From the NCBI GenBank assembly GCA_026195275.1, contig JAPHQU010000001.1, forward strand, positions 77,712-141,711: a stretch of DNA of 64,000 bases, written 5' to 3'. The notes below the pieces were generated by a model. The model ran no database searches, was not told where the DNA came from, and worked only from the letters and a program-made list of their open reading frames with translations. Positions 18,023 to 27,055 of this stretch are shown here, piece after piece. Each line of letters opens with the position of its first letter. The first letter of the stretch is position 1. The translations under genes and the position numbers were made by a program. The DNA comes from Minisyncoccota bacterium. Lineage in GTDB: Bacteria > Patescibacteriota > Minisyncoccia > Phycocordibacterales > JABMNX01.

Positions 18023-18109
18023 AAACCGTCAAAATCGGATAAAGTACGGGAGGCAAGAAAAAGATTTCTTTCCGTAACCGACGAAGTAATTTGCCGATTT
18101 TGACGGTTT
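18023..18109 (-). repeat. 16-bp perfect inverted repeat (AAACCGTCAAAATCGG ... CCGATTTTGACGGTTT) with 55-nt loop, overlapping secY stop
   Basis: seen directly; sits where rpmJ/infA usually follow secY. Confidence 0.5.
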
Positions 18110-19382
18110 AATACTCGCGCATAGAGATCTGCGCATCAACCTTCTTCACTAGATCAATCACCACTGATACTGCAATAAGAAGCGCGGTACCACCGATTGC
18201 GAGCGCAGTGATGCCGGTGATTGCTTGCATACCAAGTGGTAATACCGCAATACCGCCAAGGAAGAGGGCCCCAACGAGTGTGAGGCGAGTGAGGATCTTC
18301 GCGAGATACTCCGAGGTCATGCGACCCGGACGGACACCAGGAATGAATGCGCCGCTCTTCTGGAGATTCTTTGAAGTCTGATCCGGATCAAAGGTAACTG
18401 CGGTGTAAAAGTAAGTAAAGAGAAACACAAGAAGGAAGTAGATACCTGCGTAGATTGCCTGATTTGAGAGGCCATTCACAATCGCGGCTGAAACAGGACT
18501 CACATACGCGATACCAAGATTTGAGAGAAAACTGAAAACCATCTGCGGGAAGAGCAGAAACGAAAGTGCGAAGATGATTGGGATCACACCAGCTTGATTG
18601 ACTCGGAGTGGGAGGTAAGTCGACATGCCGCCGTATACCTTCATGCCGCGCACACGACGCGCGTAGGTAATTGGGATAGGGCGCTCCGCTTCAGTAACTA
18701 CCACAACCCCCGCTGTGATAAAGATGCCCACGAGGACGAATCCGAGGTAAAGTGGCAACTGAGAGATGTCAAACGCAAAGATAAGTTGACTGACGGTTGT
18801 CGGGAGACTTGCGACGATACCCGCAAAGATAATGAGCGAGACACCGTTTCCGATACCGAACTCAGTGATAAGCTCACCGATCCACATCAGAAGGATCGAG
18901 CCAGCCGCAATGACCGCGACATTGGTGAGAGTGGTAAAGAAATCTGTGTCGGTGATGATACCTTGACGCTGAAGCAAAATATAAAAACTGAACGCTTGAA
19001 CGAGCGCAAGCGGAAGAGTGAGTAGGCGTGAATACTGCTGGAATCGCTTTCGCCCCGCTTCCCCTTCTTCTTGGTATAGCGCCTTGAGCTTCGGCGACAT
19101 GATAGTGAGGAGTTGCATGATGATCGAGGCGGTAATGTACGGACCGACACCAAGCATTACGATCGAGAGGTTTGCAAGCCCACCTCCTGAGAAGATATTG
19201 AGGAGACCAAGGAACTGGTTGTTTGTGAAGAAGTTCTGAAGCTGTACCAGGTCAATACCGGGGATAGGAATAGCGGCAAGGAGACGGAACACTACCAACG
19301 CAAACACAATGAACAGCAAACGATTACGAAGTGTGCTGTCCTTGATTACGAGAGAAAATTTACTGAAAAGTGTTCCGAACAT
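18108..19382 (-). CDS. secY: preprotein translocase SecY
   Basis: ORF 18108..19478; start set at ATG 19382 (MFGTLFSKF...), 5 nt after rplO stop; 10 TM topology. Confidence 0.9.
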   Translation of the reverse strand: MFGTLFSKFSLVIKDSTLRNRLLFIVFALVVFRLLAAIPIPGIDLVQLQNFFTNNQFLGLLNIFSGGGLANLSIVMLGVGPYITASIIMQLLTIMSPKLKALYQEEGEAGRKRFQQYSRLLTLPLALVQAFSFYILLQRQGIITDTDFFTTLTNVAVIAAGSILLMWIGELITEFGIGNGVSLIIFAGIVASLPTTVSQLIFAFDISQLPLYLGFVLVGIFITAGVVVVTEAERPIPITYARRVRGMKVYGGMSTYLPLRVNQAGVIPIIFALSFLLFPQMVFSFLSNLGIAYVSPVSAAIVNGLSNQAIYAGIYFLLVFLFTYFYTAVTFDPDQTSKNLQKSGAFIPGVRPGRMTSEYLAKILTRLTLVGALFLGGIAVLPLGMQAITGITALAIGGTALLIAVSVVIDLVKKVDAQISMREY

Positions 19383-19386
19383 ATTT

Positions 19387-19836
19387 TTATGCAATCGATC
19401 CTCCCGCCTTCTCAATCGCCACCTTCGCAGCCTCGGAGAAAAGACACTTAGAAACTGATACCTTCTTGCTGATCTCACCCTTTGCGAGAATCTTTACTAC
19501 AGGGAGTCGTCCACCCGCCTGGGTAATCACACCATGTGTGTGAAGTGTCTCCGGTGTCACCTGCTCACCACTCTTATAGAGCGCGTTAATGGTGCTGAGG
19601 TTTACCGGTGTTGGTTTAACCACGCTGCTGTTGACGGTGCGCCCTCGGTTCTTGCCGTGCCCACGGAGTTTGGGGAGCTTCTTGATGATGTCGCGCATCT
19701 CTGGTCGAAGAGAGTGCCCTGCACGCGCGGTCTGTCCCTTCATACCACGCCCCGATGTTTTACCACGGAGCCCCCCACGACCGACACGCTTTTTGGTCTG
19801 TCGCTTTGTCTTTGGTTGTAGTTCGTTAAGCTGCAT
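19387..19836 (-). CDS. rplO: 50S ribosomal protein L15
   Basis: start at MQLNELQPKTKRQ... (ATG 19836), 11 nt after rpsE stop; no rpmD (L30) between rpsE and rplO. Confidence 0.9.
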   Translation of the reverse strand: MQLNELQPKTKRQTKKRVGRGGLRGKTSGRGMKGQTARAGHSLRPEMRDIIKKLPKLRGHGKNRGRTVNSSVVKPTPVNLSTINALYKSGEQVTPETLHTHGVITQAGGRLPVVKILAKGEISKKVSVSKCLFSEAAKVAIEKAGGSIA

Positions 19837-19846
19837 GATGGTTGGA

Positions 19847-20404
19847 TTATGCCTGAAGATCTTGTAATGCCTTAATTGCTGCTTGAGCATTATTAAGCTT
19901 GTTCTTGCTTCGCGAGAAAATCTTCGCCGTCACATCTTTGATCCCGGCGAGTTCAAGTACAGTACGCACTGAACTTCCCGCCACCAAACCACGCCCGGGA
20001 GACGGGATGATCTGAATCTGTGATGCGCCATACTTGGCGGACACATCATGAGGGATACTCATCTCTTTGGTGGTACGCACGGTGATCATGTTTCGCTTTG
20101 CCTGGCGCGTCGCCTTCTCGATCGCAAGCGCAGTGTCACTTGCTTTTCCGACACCAACACCCACACGCCCTTTTTTGTCGCCAAGCACCATGGTAACCGA
20201 GAAGCTGAAGCGGCGACCTCCAGCAACAACACGGACTACTCGACGAATTGACACGATCTTCTGTATGAACTCGGAACGTGCGCGATCTGCTCGACGGACG
20301 ATCCTGCGCGGATTCTTCTTAAAGGTATTCTTCGCAGGATTTACATCAACGCCGGATGTCGCCTGGGTATCGTTTTTTTCTATTGTTGCGGTTTCTTTTG
20401 TCAT
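19847..20404 (-). CDS. rpsE: 30S ribosomal protein S5
   Basis: VVAGGRRFSFSVTMVLGDKKGRVGVGVGKA core S5 motif. Confidence 0.9.
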   Translation of the reverse strand: MTKETATIEKNDTQATSGVDVNPAKNTFKKNPRRIVRRADRARSEFIQKIVSIRRVVRVVAGGRRFSFSVTMVLGDKKGRVGVGVGKASDTALAIEKATRQAKRNMITVRTTKEMSIPHDVSAKYGASQIQIIPSPGRGLVAGSSVRTVLELAGIKDVTAKIFSRSKNKLNNAQAAIKALQDLQA

Positions 20405-20422
20405 ATCGATTACTACTCTCTA

Positions 20423-20767
20423 TTAAAACTCAAGACCTCCGGCACGGGCACTATCCGCAAACGTTTTAATGCTTCCCGCATAAAGAAACCCACCGCGGTC
20501 AAATACAACGCTGGTGATACCCTTTTTCTTTGCCTCCTCTGCGACCCTCATACCTGCAGCCTCAGCGCGCTCACGAGGTGTGCCTTTGCTCCCCGCGGAA
20601 GAAACAGACACAAGCGTGTTCCCCGCGCTATCGTCAATAATCTGCGCAGTGATGCGAGTATTTGAGCGAAACACCGCAAGTCGTGGACGCGCACTGGTTC
20701 CTGACACCTTCGCACGGATGCGTGAGTGTCTGCGAGCGCGTTGTTCTTTTTTTGTTTTGCCAATCAT
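20423..20767 (-). CDS. rplR: 50S ribosomal protein L18
   Basis: [36 protein letters not shown] typical L18. Confidence 0.9.
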   Translation of the reverse strand: MIGKTKKEQRARRHSRIRAKVSGTSARPRLAVFRSNTRITAQIIDDSAGNTLVSVSSAGSKGTPRERAEAAGMRVAEEAKKKGITSVVFDRGGFLYAGSIKTFADSARAGGLEF

Positions 20768-20788
20768 AGCTATCTTTTTAGATCAGGA

Positions 20789-21325
20789 TTACCCGACAGT
20801 CTTCTTACCTTGTTTTCGTCGTACGACTTCACCTTCATAGCGGATACCCTTGCCTTTGTATGGCTCCGGCTTCTTTACCGCACGGATCTCAGCTGCAAAT
20901 TTACCGACTTTCTCTTTGTCGGAACCTGAGACACTGATTGTATTCTTTTCAACCACTACGGTGAGTCCTTCAGGAACCTCAAGAATAACCGGGTGTGAGA
21001 AACCAACAATAAGCTCGAGGTTCTTGCCGGAAAGAGAGACACGATACCCGACTCCTTCAAGGATAAGTTTCTTCTCAAATGGCTGATTCACTCCGGCGAC
21101 CATGTTCTTAATATGTGATGCAAAAGTACCCCAGAGCGCAGTCGCTGCTTTTGAATCATTTACCGGTGAGACAACCACTTCACCCTCCTTAACAGCAACC
21201 GAGACCGCCTTGTGTAGAGGGCGCGAGAGCTCACCGAGTGGTCCTTTTACTGAGACGACACCATCAACAATCTTGACTTCGGTCTTCTCAGGAATGATGA
21301 CGGGCTGTTTTCCAATACGTGACAT
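20789..21325 (-). CDS. rplF: 50S ribosomal protein L6
   Basis: start MSRIGKQPV (ATG 21325) 8 nt after rpsH stop. Confidence 0.9.
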   Translation of the reverse strand: MSRIGKQPVIIPEKTEVKIVDGVVSVKGPLGELSRPLHKAVSVAVKEGEVVVSPVNDSKAATALWGTFASHIKNMVAGVNQPFEKKLILEGVGYRVSLSGKNLELIVGFSHPVILEVPEGLTVVVEKNTISVSGSDKEKVGKFAAEIRAVKKPEPYKGKGIRYEGEVVRRKQGKKTVG

Positions 21326-21335
21326 ATGTAAATTT

Positions 21336-21731
21336 CTACCAGATCTTAAAGAGTGCTTCTCCACCAACACGCTCTTTGCGCGCTTCTTCGTCAGTAAGCA
21401 CTCCTTTCGGGGTTGAGATGATAAGCGACCCTTTTCCGTATTTCACCGGATTAATCTCATTTGCTCCAACATACAAACGACGGCCAGGGCGTGATACGCG
21501 CTTGATGCCGTGAAGTGCGGACTTGCCGGCTTTGTCGTAACGAAGCCCAACCTCGAGCACTTTCTGTGCACTCTTACCTTTCGCTTCCACTGATGTAAGG
21601 TAGCCTTTTTGCTTGAGCACATCGGCAATCGCCTGGCGGAACTTTGAGTATGGCGCAGAGACCACATCTTTCCCAACGGCAGACGCGTTTTTAATTCGTA
21701 TGATGAAATCTCCTACTGGGTCTCCTACCAT
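21336..21731 (-). CDS. rpsH: 30S ribosomal protein S8
   Basis: [16 protein letters not shown]... typical S8. Confidence 0.9.
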   Translation of the reverse strand: MVGDPVGDFIIRIKNASAVGKDVVSAPYSKFRQAIADVLKQKGYLTSVEAKGKSAQKVLEVGLRYDKAGKSALHGIKRVSRPGRRLYVGANEINPVKYGKGSLIISTPKGVLTDEEARKERVGGEALFKIW

Positions 21732-21910
21732 GATGCTTTCTTAATACCGGGGATATTCCCTTCGTTTGCGAGTTCGCGGAAGCAAACCCGACAGAGGTCG
21801 AAGTCGCGCATGTAGCCGTGTGCGCGGCCACATCGAAAACATCGCCGTACTACGCGGGATTTGAACTTCGGTGTCTTCTCTGATCGTGCGATTACTGATT
21901 TCTTTGCCAT
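21725..21910 (-). CDS. rpsN: 30S ribosomal protein S14 type Z (Zn-ribbon, C4)
   Basis: [46 protein letters not shown]; 61 aa from ATG 21910. Confidence 0.9.
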   Translation of the reverse strand: MAKKSVIARSEKTPKFKSRVVRRCFRCGRAHGYMRDFDLCRVCFRELANEGNIPGIKKASW

Positions 21911-21952
21911 ATTTAGATATAGTCGCAAGCGATAGCGCGCTTACTAGATCTT

Positions 21953-22017
21953 ACACCCCGTGAAATGCATCACTTTGGTGATGCACCCGCGCCCTGCGGT
22001 GCGGGATTTCACTGGGG
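21953..22017 (-). repeat. structured three-helix element, copy A1 (42 nt upstream of rpsN start on the transcribed strand)
   Basis: outer stem CCCCGTGAAAT / ATTTCAC(T)GGGG enclosing hairpins GCATCAC-TTTG-GTGATGC and CCCGCGCC-CTGC-GGTGCGGG; homologous to 35038..35104 and 22039..22099. Confidence 0.6.
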
Positions 22018-22038
22018 TTCGGTGATTCTATACTCCGA

Positions 22039-22099
22039 CCCCGATGAAATCTTCCGCCTTAGGGCGGAAGCGTGTCGCTTCGCGACACATCTCACGGGG
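22039..22099. repeat. structured three-helix element, copy A2 (opposite orientation to A1)
   Basis: CCCCGATGAAAT-[CTTCCGCC-TTAG-GGCGGAAG]-[GTGTCGC-TTC-GCGACAC]-ATCTCACGGGG; internal hairpin sequences nearly identical to copy B at 35038..35104. Confidence 0.6.
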
Positions 22100-22215
22100 T
22101 TAGTTCAGCATTGTCGTCCCGACTGAGATGTCGCGACTCGGTGCTTCACTAAAAAAGCGTTCTGTGACGCTCGGCCTATAGTATCAGGCTGACCGTCCAA
22201 AGTCAATTCTACCCT

Positions 22216-22758
22216 TTAACTCTCCTCTTTTTGAAGTGGGAAGCCGAGATTCTCAAGGAGTGCCGCTGCTTCTTCCTTCGTGCGGGCGGTGGTGGTGATC
22301 GTCACCGCGAACCCAAAGACATCGCGAAGCTCCTCGTCCGGTGTCTCGGGGAAGATTGTGTGCTCCTTGATGCCGATGGTGATGTTGCCCATCTCATCGA
22401 GCGCTGAGCGTTTGATGCCACGGAAGTCGCGGGTGCGCGGAAGCGCGATGTGAATAAGCTTATCCAGAAAATCGTTCATGCGCGCACCACGGAGTGTTAC
22501 CTGGTATCCGACAATGTCTCCCTCGCGAAGTTTGAAGGTTGCGATAGATTTCTTCGCCGGTCGCGCTGAAGGCTTCTGTCCTGTGATCTTCATGAGACGA
22601 TCTTGGATCACCTGGACCTTATTCTTATCTTTGAGTGACCCGGTACCAACTGAGACGACCACTTTCTGAATACGCGGCGATTGGAACACGTTTGTATATC
22701 CAAAACGCTCCTTGATTTCTGAAAAGATGTTCTTTTGTCTTTCTTTTGTTACTGACAT
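22216..22758 (-). CDS. rplE: 50S ribosomal protein L5
   Basis: typical L5 N-terminus and length 180 aa. Confidence 0.9.
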   Translation of the reverse strand: MSVTKERQKNIFSEIKERFGYTNVFQSPRIQKVVVSVGTGSLKDKNKVQVIQDRLMKITGQKPSARPAKKSIATFKLREGDIVGYQVTLRGARMNDFLDKLIHIALPRTRDFRGIKRSALDEMGNITIGIKEHTIFPETPDEELRDVFGFAVTITTTARTKEEAAALLENLGFPLQKEES

Positions 22759-22763
22759 ACTAT

Positions 22764-23072
22764 TTATTCAAGTGTGGTATTACTCTTTTTCGCGACACGC
22801 GTATACTTGCCGTCTACTTTTTTGATTCCGATACGGGTTGGTGTTCCACTTTTCGGGTCAAGCACCATAACATTCGATACATGGACCGGGAGCGTCTTGT
22901 CGATGATTTGTCCTTGCTGGCGCTGCGCCGTTGGACGCTGGTGACGCTTTTTCACGTTTACCCCCTCAACGACCACTTTGTCCTCTCGTGGGAGCGCACG
23001 AAGCACCTTACCGGTCTTTCCCCGGTCCTTTCCTGCGATTACTTGTACTTTGTCTCCTTTCTTTATCTTCAT
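22764..23072 (-). CDS. rplX: 50S ribosomal protein L24
   Basis: start MKIKKGDKVQVIAGKDRGKTGKV (KOW motif), ATG 23072. Confidence 0.9.
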   Translation of the reverse strand: MKIKKGDKVQVIAGKDRGKTGKVLRALPREDKVVVEGVNVKKRHQRPTAQRQQGQIIDKTLPVHVSNVMVLDPKSGTPTRIGIKKVDGKYTRVAKKSNTTLE

Positions 23073-23082
23073 ATTGATTTCA

Positions 23083-23454
23083 CTAAACAATTTCTGGTGC
23101 GAGCGAGACGATCTTCTGGTATCCAGCCTCGCTAATCTCTCGTGGGATCGGACCGAAGATACGTCCTGCTTTTGGTTCTTTCTTCTCCTTCTCTACAATA
23201 ACCACCGCGTTCTCGTCGAACCGGATGTACGAACCGTCTTTGCGTCGAAATGGCTGTTTCTGGCGGACCACAATACCACGCACAACGTCTTTCTTCTTCA
23301 CTTGCTTGCGCGGCTCAGCACTCTTTACTGAGAGTACCACAAGGTCACCAATGCGCGCATAGCGTCGCTTCGATCCGCCAAGCACCTTGAATACCACGCC
23401 TATTTTTGCGCCCGAGTTGTCAGTTATCTTTACTTTTGTTTGCGGTTGAATCAT
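23083..23454 (-). CDS. rplN: 50S ribosomal protein L14
   Basis: MIQPQTKVKITDNSGAK... typical L14. Confidence 0.9.
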   Translation of the reverse strand: MIQPQTKVKITDNSGAKIGVVFKVLGGSKRRYARIGDLVVLSVKSAEPRKQVKKKDVVRGIVVRQKQPFRRKDGSYIRFDENAVVIVEKEKKEPKAGRIFGPIPREISEAGYQKIVSLAPEIV

Positions 23455-23477
23455 GGATTTAAAATTAAGAAGAAAGA

Positions 23478-23762
23478 TTATGAATCAGACTTAGTCTCGC
23501 CATTAAGGACGACAAATGACTTATTCTTTGAATACGGGCGTGTCTCTTGTATGGAAACTCTCTCACCGATCTGCTTTGTGTTGCCTGTATCGTGCGCCAT
23601 GTACTTCTTTGATCGCTTGATAAACTTCTTATACTTCGGATGTTTGGTGTAACGCGACACCTGAACCACCACCGTATCTTTCATTTTGTTGGACACGACC
23701 ACACCACTGAAAACTCTCTTTTCGGTTGTCTTCTCGGTCTGATTTGTTTGTTTCGATTCCAT
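23478..23762 (-). CDS. rpsQ: 30S ribosomal protein S17
   Basis: VFSGVVVSNKMKDTVVVQVSRYTKHPKYKK typical S17. Confidence 0.9.
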   Translation of the reverse strand: MESKQTNQTEKTTEKRVFSGVVVSNKMKDTVVVQVSRYTKHPKYKKFIKRSKKYMAHDTGNTKQIGERVSIQETRPYSKNKSFVVLNGETKSDS

Positions 23763-23779
23763 GATGATATCGTGTTTAT

Positions 23780-23959
23780 TTACCCTCGGCTCTTAAGCTC
23801 GGTAAGGATGCGTGCGACCTCTTTGCGGGTGTTTCGTCCCTCTTTGACGTTACGTGTCTTGCTTCCTGAGATACCAAAACGAAAGGCGCGCAAAGATTCA
23901 CGCTTCTCGTTAAGCGTCTTTATCAAGTCCTTGTCTGTTTTTTTCTTAATCTCCGTCAT
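23780..23959 (-). CDS. rpmC: 50S ribosomal protein L29
   Basis: start MTEIKKKTDKDLIKTLNEKRESL (ATG 23959) 4 nt after rplP stop. Confidence 0.85.
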   Translation of the reverse strand: MTEIKKKTDKDLIKTLNEKRESLRAFRFGISGSKTRNVKEGRNTRKEVARILTELKSRG

Positions 23960-23963
23960 ATTA

Positions 23964-24386
23964 TTATCCTTCTCGAGTTGCCACCTTGCTCTTAAGCGGG
24001 AGCTTTGCGCCAGCCTTGCGGAGCGCTTCACGAGCGACAACATCGCTTACTCCGTCAATCTCGAAGACAATACGCCCCGGACGGACTTCAGCAACATATC
24101 CTTGCGGATCTCCTTTACCTTTACCCATACCCACTTCGGCAGCTTTTCGTGTAAACGGTCGATCAGGGAAGATGCGGATCCATGTCTTGCCAGTCTTGCC
24201 GAGTGAACGGCTAATCACGCGACGCGCTGCCTCAATCTGATTTGAAGTCACTCGCGCGCCAGTGGTTGCCTTAAGCCCGTGTGAGCCAAAAGAGACTCTT
24301 GTTCCGCGTGCTGCCGCGTGCACCTTATCTTTGTTGGTGCGTCCGGTCTGCCACTTTCTGAATTTTACTTTCTTCGGAAATAGCAT
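23964..24386 (-). CDS. rplP: 50S ribosomal protein L16
   Basis: MLFPKKVKFRKWQTGRTNKDKVHAAARG typical L16. Confidence 0.9.
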   Translation of the reverse strand: MLFPKKVKFRKWQTGRTNKDKVHAAARGTRVSFGSHGLKATTGARVTSNQIEAARRVISRSLGKTGKTWIRIFPDRPFTRKAAEVGMGKGKGDPQGYVAEVRPGRIVFEIDGVSDVVAREALRKAGAKLPLKSKVATREG

Positions 24387-24392
24387 ACGTGT

Positions 24393-25058
24393 TTACTTAT
24401 CATTCTCAAACACCTCACCACGGTAGATCCACACTTTGATGCCGATAACCCCATACGGAAGATACGCCTTTTCGCGCGCAAAATCAATATCCGCACGAAA
24501 TGTCTGAAGTGGCACACGTCCTTTTTTCACCTCCTCGCGGCGCGACATCTCTGCACCACCAAGGCGTCCTGATACCGCGATGCGCACCCCTTTAACGTCA
24601 CGGTTTGCCATGACCTTCTCTGCGGTCTGCTTAAGGACGCGACGAAACGGCATGCGCTTCTCAAGACCTTCCGCAATCATCTGCGAAACGATTGCCGCAT
24701 CGGACTCAGGTGTGCGAACCTCTTCAATACTAAGGTTGATCTCAGGAAGTTCCTCGACACCGGTCTTTCGTACCACTTTCTCGATCTCGCTTTTAATCTT
24801 GGTGCTGCCTTCACCACTGCGACCAATAACAATACCTGGGCGAGAGGTCTTGATGATGACCTTAAGCACATTCTGATTGCGCTCAATCTCAACACCGCTT
24901 ACATACATGCCGCGAAGTCGCTTTATCAAAAAGTCGCGGATGGTGGTATCGATCTTAACACCCTCACGGTATGCACGCGGGTTTGTTGAGAACCATCGTG
25001 ATTTCCAATCACGAAGGATGCCGAGGCGGTGTGCGTATGGATGTACAGTGTGTGTCAT
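24393..25058 (-). CDS. rpsC: 30S ribosomal protein S3
   Basis: KH domain + S3 C-terminal domain, 221 aa. Confidence 0.9.
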   Translation of the reverse strand: MTHTVHPYAHRLGILRDWKSRWFSTNPRAYREGVKIDTTIRDFLIKRLRGMYVSGVEIERNQNVLKVIIKTSRPGIVIGRSGEGSTKIKSEIEKVVRKTGVEELPEINLSIEEVRTPESDAAIVSQMIAEGLEKRMPFRRVLKQTAEKVMANRDVKGVRIAVSGRLGGAEMSRREEVKKGRVPLQTFRADIDFAREKAYLPYGVIGIKVWIYRGEVFENDK

Positions 25059-25059
25059 G

Positions 25060-25389
25060 TTATTTTTCTACTTTTCCTAGTGCCACGTGGATGTGACTTG
25101 AACGTTTTTTGATTGGCGCTGCGCGACCACGTGCACGCGCTCGGAAACGAACAAATGAGAGCCCTTCGTCAACTTTGATCTCAGACACCTTGAGCTCTTC
25201 GCGTTTTACACCTTGTTGTTCAGCGTTTGAGACAGCTGACTCGATCAATTTTTTCATCGGAAGTGCCGACTTTTTTTCAAGGAATGAAAGTGCCGTAAGT
25301 GCGCGCAGAACACTCTTTCCACGAACAAGATCAGCAACGAGGCGAACCTTGCGTGGTGACTGTCGGTAATTCTTTAAAAACGCTTTCAT
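25060..25389 (-). CDS. rplV: 50S ribosomal protein L22
   Basis: start MKAFLKNYRQSPRKVRLVADLVRGKSV (ATG 25389), 13 nt after rpsS stop. Confidence 0.9.
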   Translation of the reverse strand: MKAFLKNYRQSPRKVRLVADLVRGKSVLRALTALSFLEKKSALPMKKLIESAVSNAEQQGVKREELKVSEIKVDEGLSFVRFRARARGRAAPIKKRSSHIHVALGKVEK

Positions 25390-25402
25390 GATTGAATAAA
25401 TA

Positions 25403-25735
25403 CTACTTATCAGATGCCTTTGCTGCCTTTGCTGCTGCGATTTCGGCATCCTTCTTCTTCTGTTCAAGCTCCTTCTGCATCTTACCGCCATGTCGGTGGA
25501 ACTTCTTGGTTGGTGAAAACTCACCAAGTCGGTGACCAACCATCTCATCAGTTACAAATACTTCAACATGATCACGACCATTGTGGACTCCAAAAGTGAA
25601 GCCGACCATCTCGGGAGAAATCTGGCTACGGCGCGCCCACGTCTTAATAATCCCCGCTTCTGCCGGTTTCTTACCCTCGATCTTTCGCATAAGTCGAGGC
25701 TCGACGTATGGTCCTTTCTTAATGGATCGTGCCAT
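25403..25735 (-). CDS. rpsS: 30S ribosomal protein S19 with Lys/Ala-rich C-terminal extension
   Basis: [20 protein letters not shown]...[18 protein letters not shown] typical S19. Confidence 0.9.
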   Translation of the reverse strand: MARSIKKGPYVEPRLMRKIEGKKPAEAGIIKTWARRSQISPEMVGFTFGVHNGRDHVEVFVTDEMVGHRLGEFSPTKKFHRHGGKMQKELEQKKKDAEIAAAKAAKASDK

Positions 25736-25849
25736 AAAATATGTAAAGCCAAAATAATAAGCCCTCTTCGAGCTTGCAGGGTATAGTAGCCGAAATAGGT
25801 TCTAATGTCAAATTTAAAGGACGGCGCTCTCTTATCTGTAACGCCGCCC

Positions 25850-26110
25850 TTATTTTGTGTACACATAGGTACGTGGCCCATCCTCAAACCTCACTGGAAT
25901 CCAACCATTTTCACCCGATATTTGGAGGGTTCGGAGCCGCCGCACCCCTTTTGTTACACATACATCCACTCTGACCTTGTTCCCCTCGGGGTATTCCCGG
26001 ACACTGTGGAAGACGACTCGCTGAGATATAAAACTCTCAACAGGATGAATTTCATGATCAAAACCACCCCCCTGACACGAAAAGGATTCAGTTATATTGC
26101 CGATCCACAT
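25850..26110 (-). CDS. hypothetical 86-aa protein inserted between rplB and rpsS
   Basis: ATG 26110 with RBS AAGGTGG 5 nt upstream (track ORF starts at GTG 26119); same strand as operon; alternative plus-strand ORF 25805..26131 cannot be excluded. Confidence 0.35.
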   Translation of the reverse strand: MWIGNITESFSCQGGGFDHEIHPVESFISQRVVFHSVREYPEGNKVRVDVCVTKGVRRLRTLQISGENGWIPVRFEDGPRTYVYTK

Positions 26111-26175
26111 AATCGCCACCTTCTTGTATAGTGATTATCTGATTTAACAAAAGCACGAATTAACAAGAAAATCAA

Positions 26176-26222
26176 AACACCCCGCTCGTGGGAGTGGGGT
26201 GTTTCTGTTCTATCGCTTTTTG
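26176..26222 (-). terminator. intrinsic terminator overlapping rplB stop (ACACCCCGCTC-GTGG-GAGTGGGGTGT + T-rich)
   Basis: 11-bp stem; on minus RNA followed by UUUUGAUUUUCUUGUU. Confidence 0.5.
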
Positions 26223-27049
26223 CCAACTTTTCTCCGGCGAACGATGAGTGTGTTTGAATATTTCTTTGGCGTGCGAGTCTTCTGACCTTTTCCGGTCGGC
26301 TTGCCCCACTTGCTCACTGCGCGACGACGGCCGCGTCCTGCCTTTCCTTCACCACCACCATGTGGGTGATCAACTGGGTTCATTGCTGAACCACGGACCG
26401 TTGGGCGCTTACCGAGCCAGCGGTTTCGTCCCGCTTTTCCGATATTGGTGAGTTTGTGTTCCTCGTTTGAGACTTCTCCAATCGATGCCCATGCCTCGGC
26501 CGACACTTTGCGCACCTCACTTGACGGCATCTTAAGGAGCGTATAGCCCGCGTCAAGTCCAATGACCTCCGCGTAGTTTCCTGCTGAGCGGGCGAGTTTT
26601 GCACCCCCTTCAGGTTTTATCTCTATATTGTATACAAAGGTACCAACCGGGATATGCTTCATACGCATACGGTTGCCCGGCTTAATTGGCGCTCGATCAG
26701 CGATTGTGATCGTGTCCCCTACCTCAATGGACTGTGGCAATAGGACATAACGCCGCTCGCCGTCTGCAAAGAGAATGATCCCGATGAAGCCTGAACGATT
26801 TGGGTCGTACTCAATCGTCTCAACGCGCGCCGGGATGTTGCGTTTATTGTAGAGAAAATCAACATCACGAAAACGCCGCTTATGACCGCCACCTTTGTGT
26901 CGGGTTGTGATTCGTCCTGCACTGTTGCGACCAACTGAGCGCTTGCCGCCTTTTGTGAGTTTCTTGAGTGGCTTTGATCGAGTGAGTTTCTTGAGACTCA
27001 CCTGTGTCATGCCGCGCCGTCCTGGTGTTATTGGTTTAAATGATTTCAT
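26210..27049 (-). CDS. rplB: 50S ribosomal protein L2
   Basis: 279 aa, conserved L2 core. Confidence 0.9.
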   Translation of the reverse strand: MKSFKPITPGRRGMTQVSLKKLTRSKPLKKLTKGGKRSVGRNSAGRITTRHKGGGHKRRFRDVDFLYNKRNIPARVETIEYDPNRSGFIGIILFADGERRYVLLPQSIEVGDTITIADRAPIKPGNRMRMKHIPVGTFVYNIEIKPEGGAKLARSAGNYAEVIGLDAGYTLLKMPSSEVRKVSAEAWASIGEVSNEEHKLTNIGKAGRNRWLGKRPTVRGSAMNPVDHPHGGGEGKAGRGRRRAVSKWGKPTGKGQKTRTPKKYSNTLIVRRRKVGKKR

Positions 27050-27055
27050 ATTGGT

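Noticed and set aside
25805-26131. 108-aa plus-strand ORF in the rplB-rpsS insert
   Set aside because: Not rejected outright: it is mutually exclusive with the minus-strand ORF 25850..26110; weaker start context (no SD), Pro/His-rich composition; kept only as an alternative in the finding.
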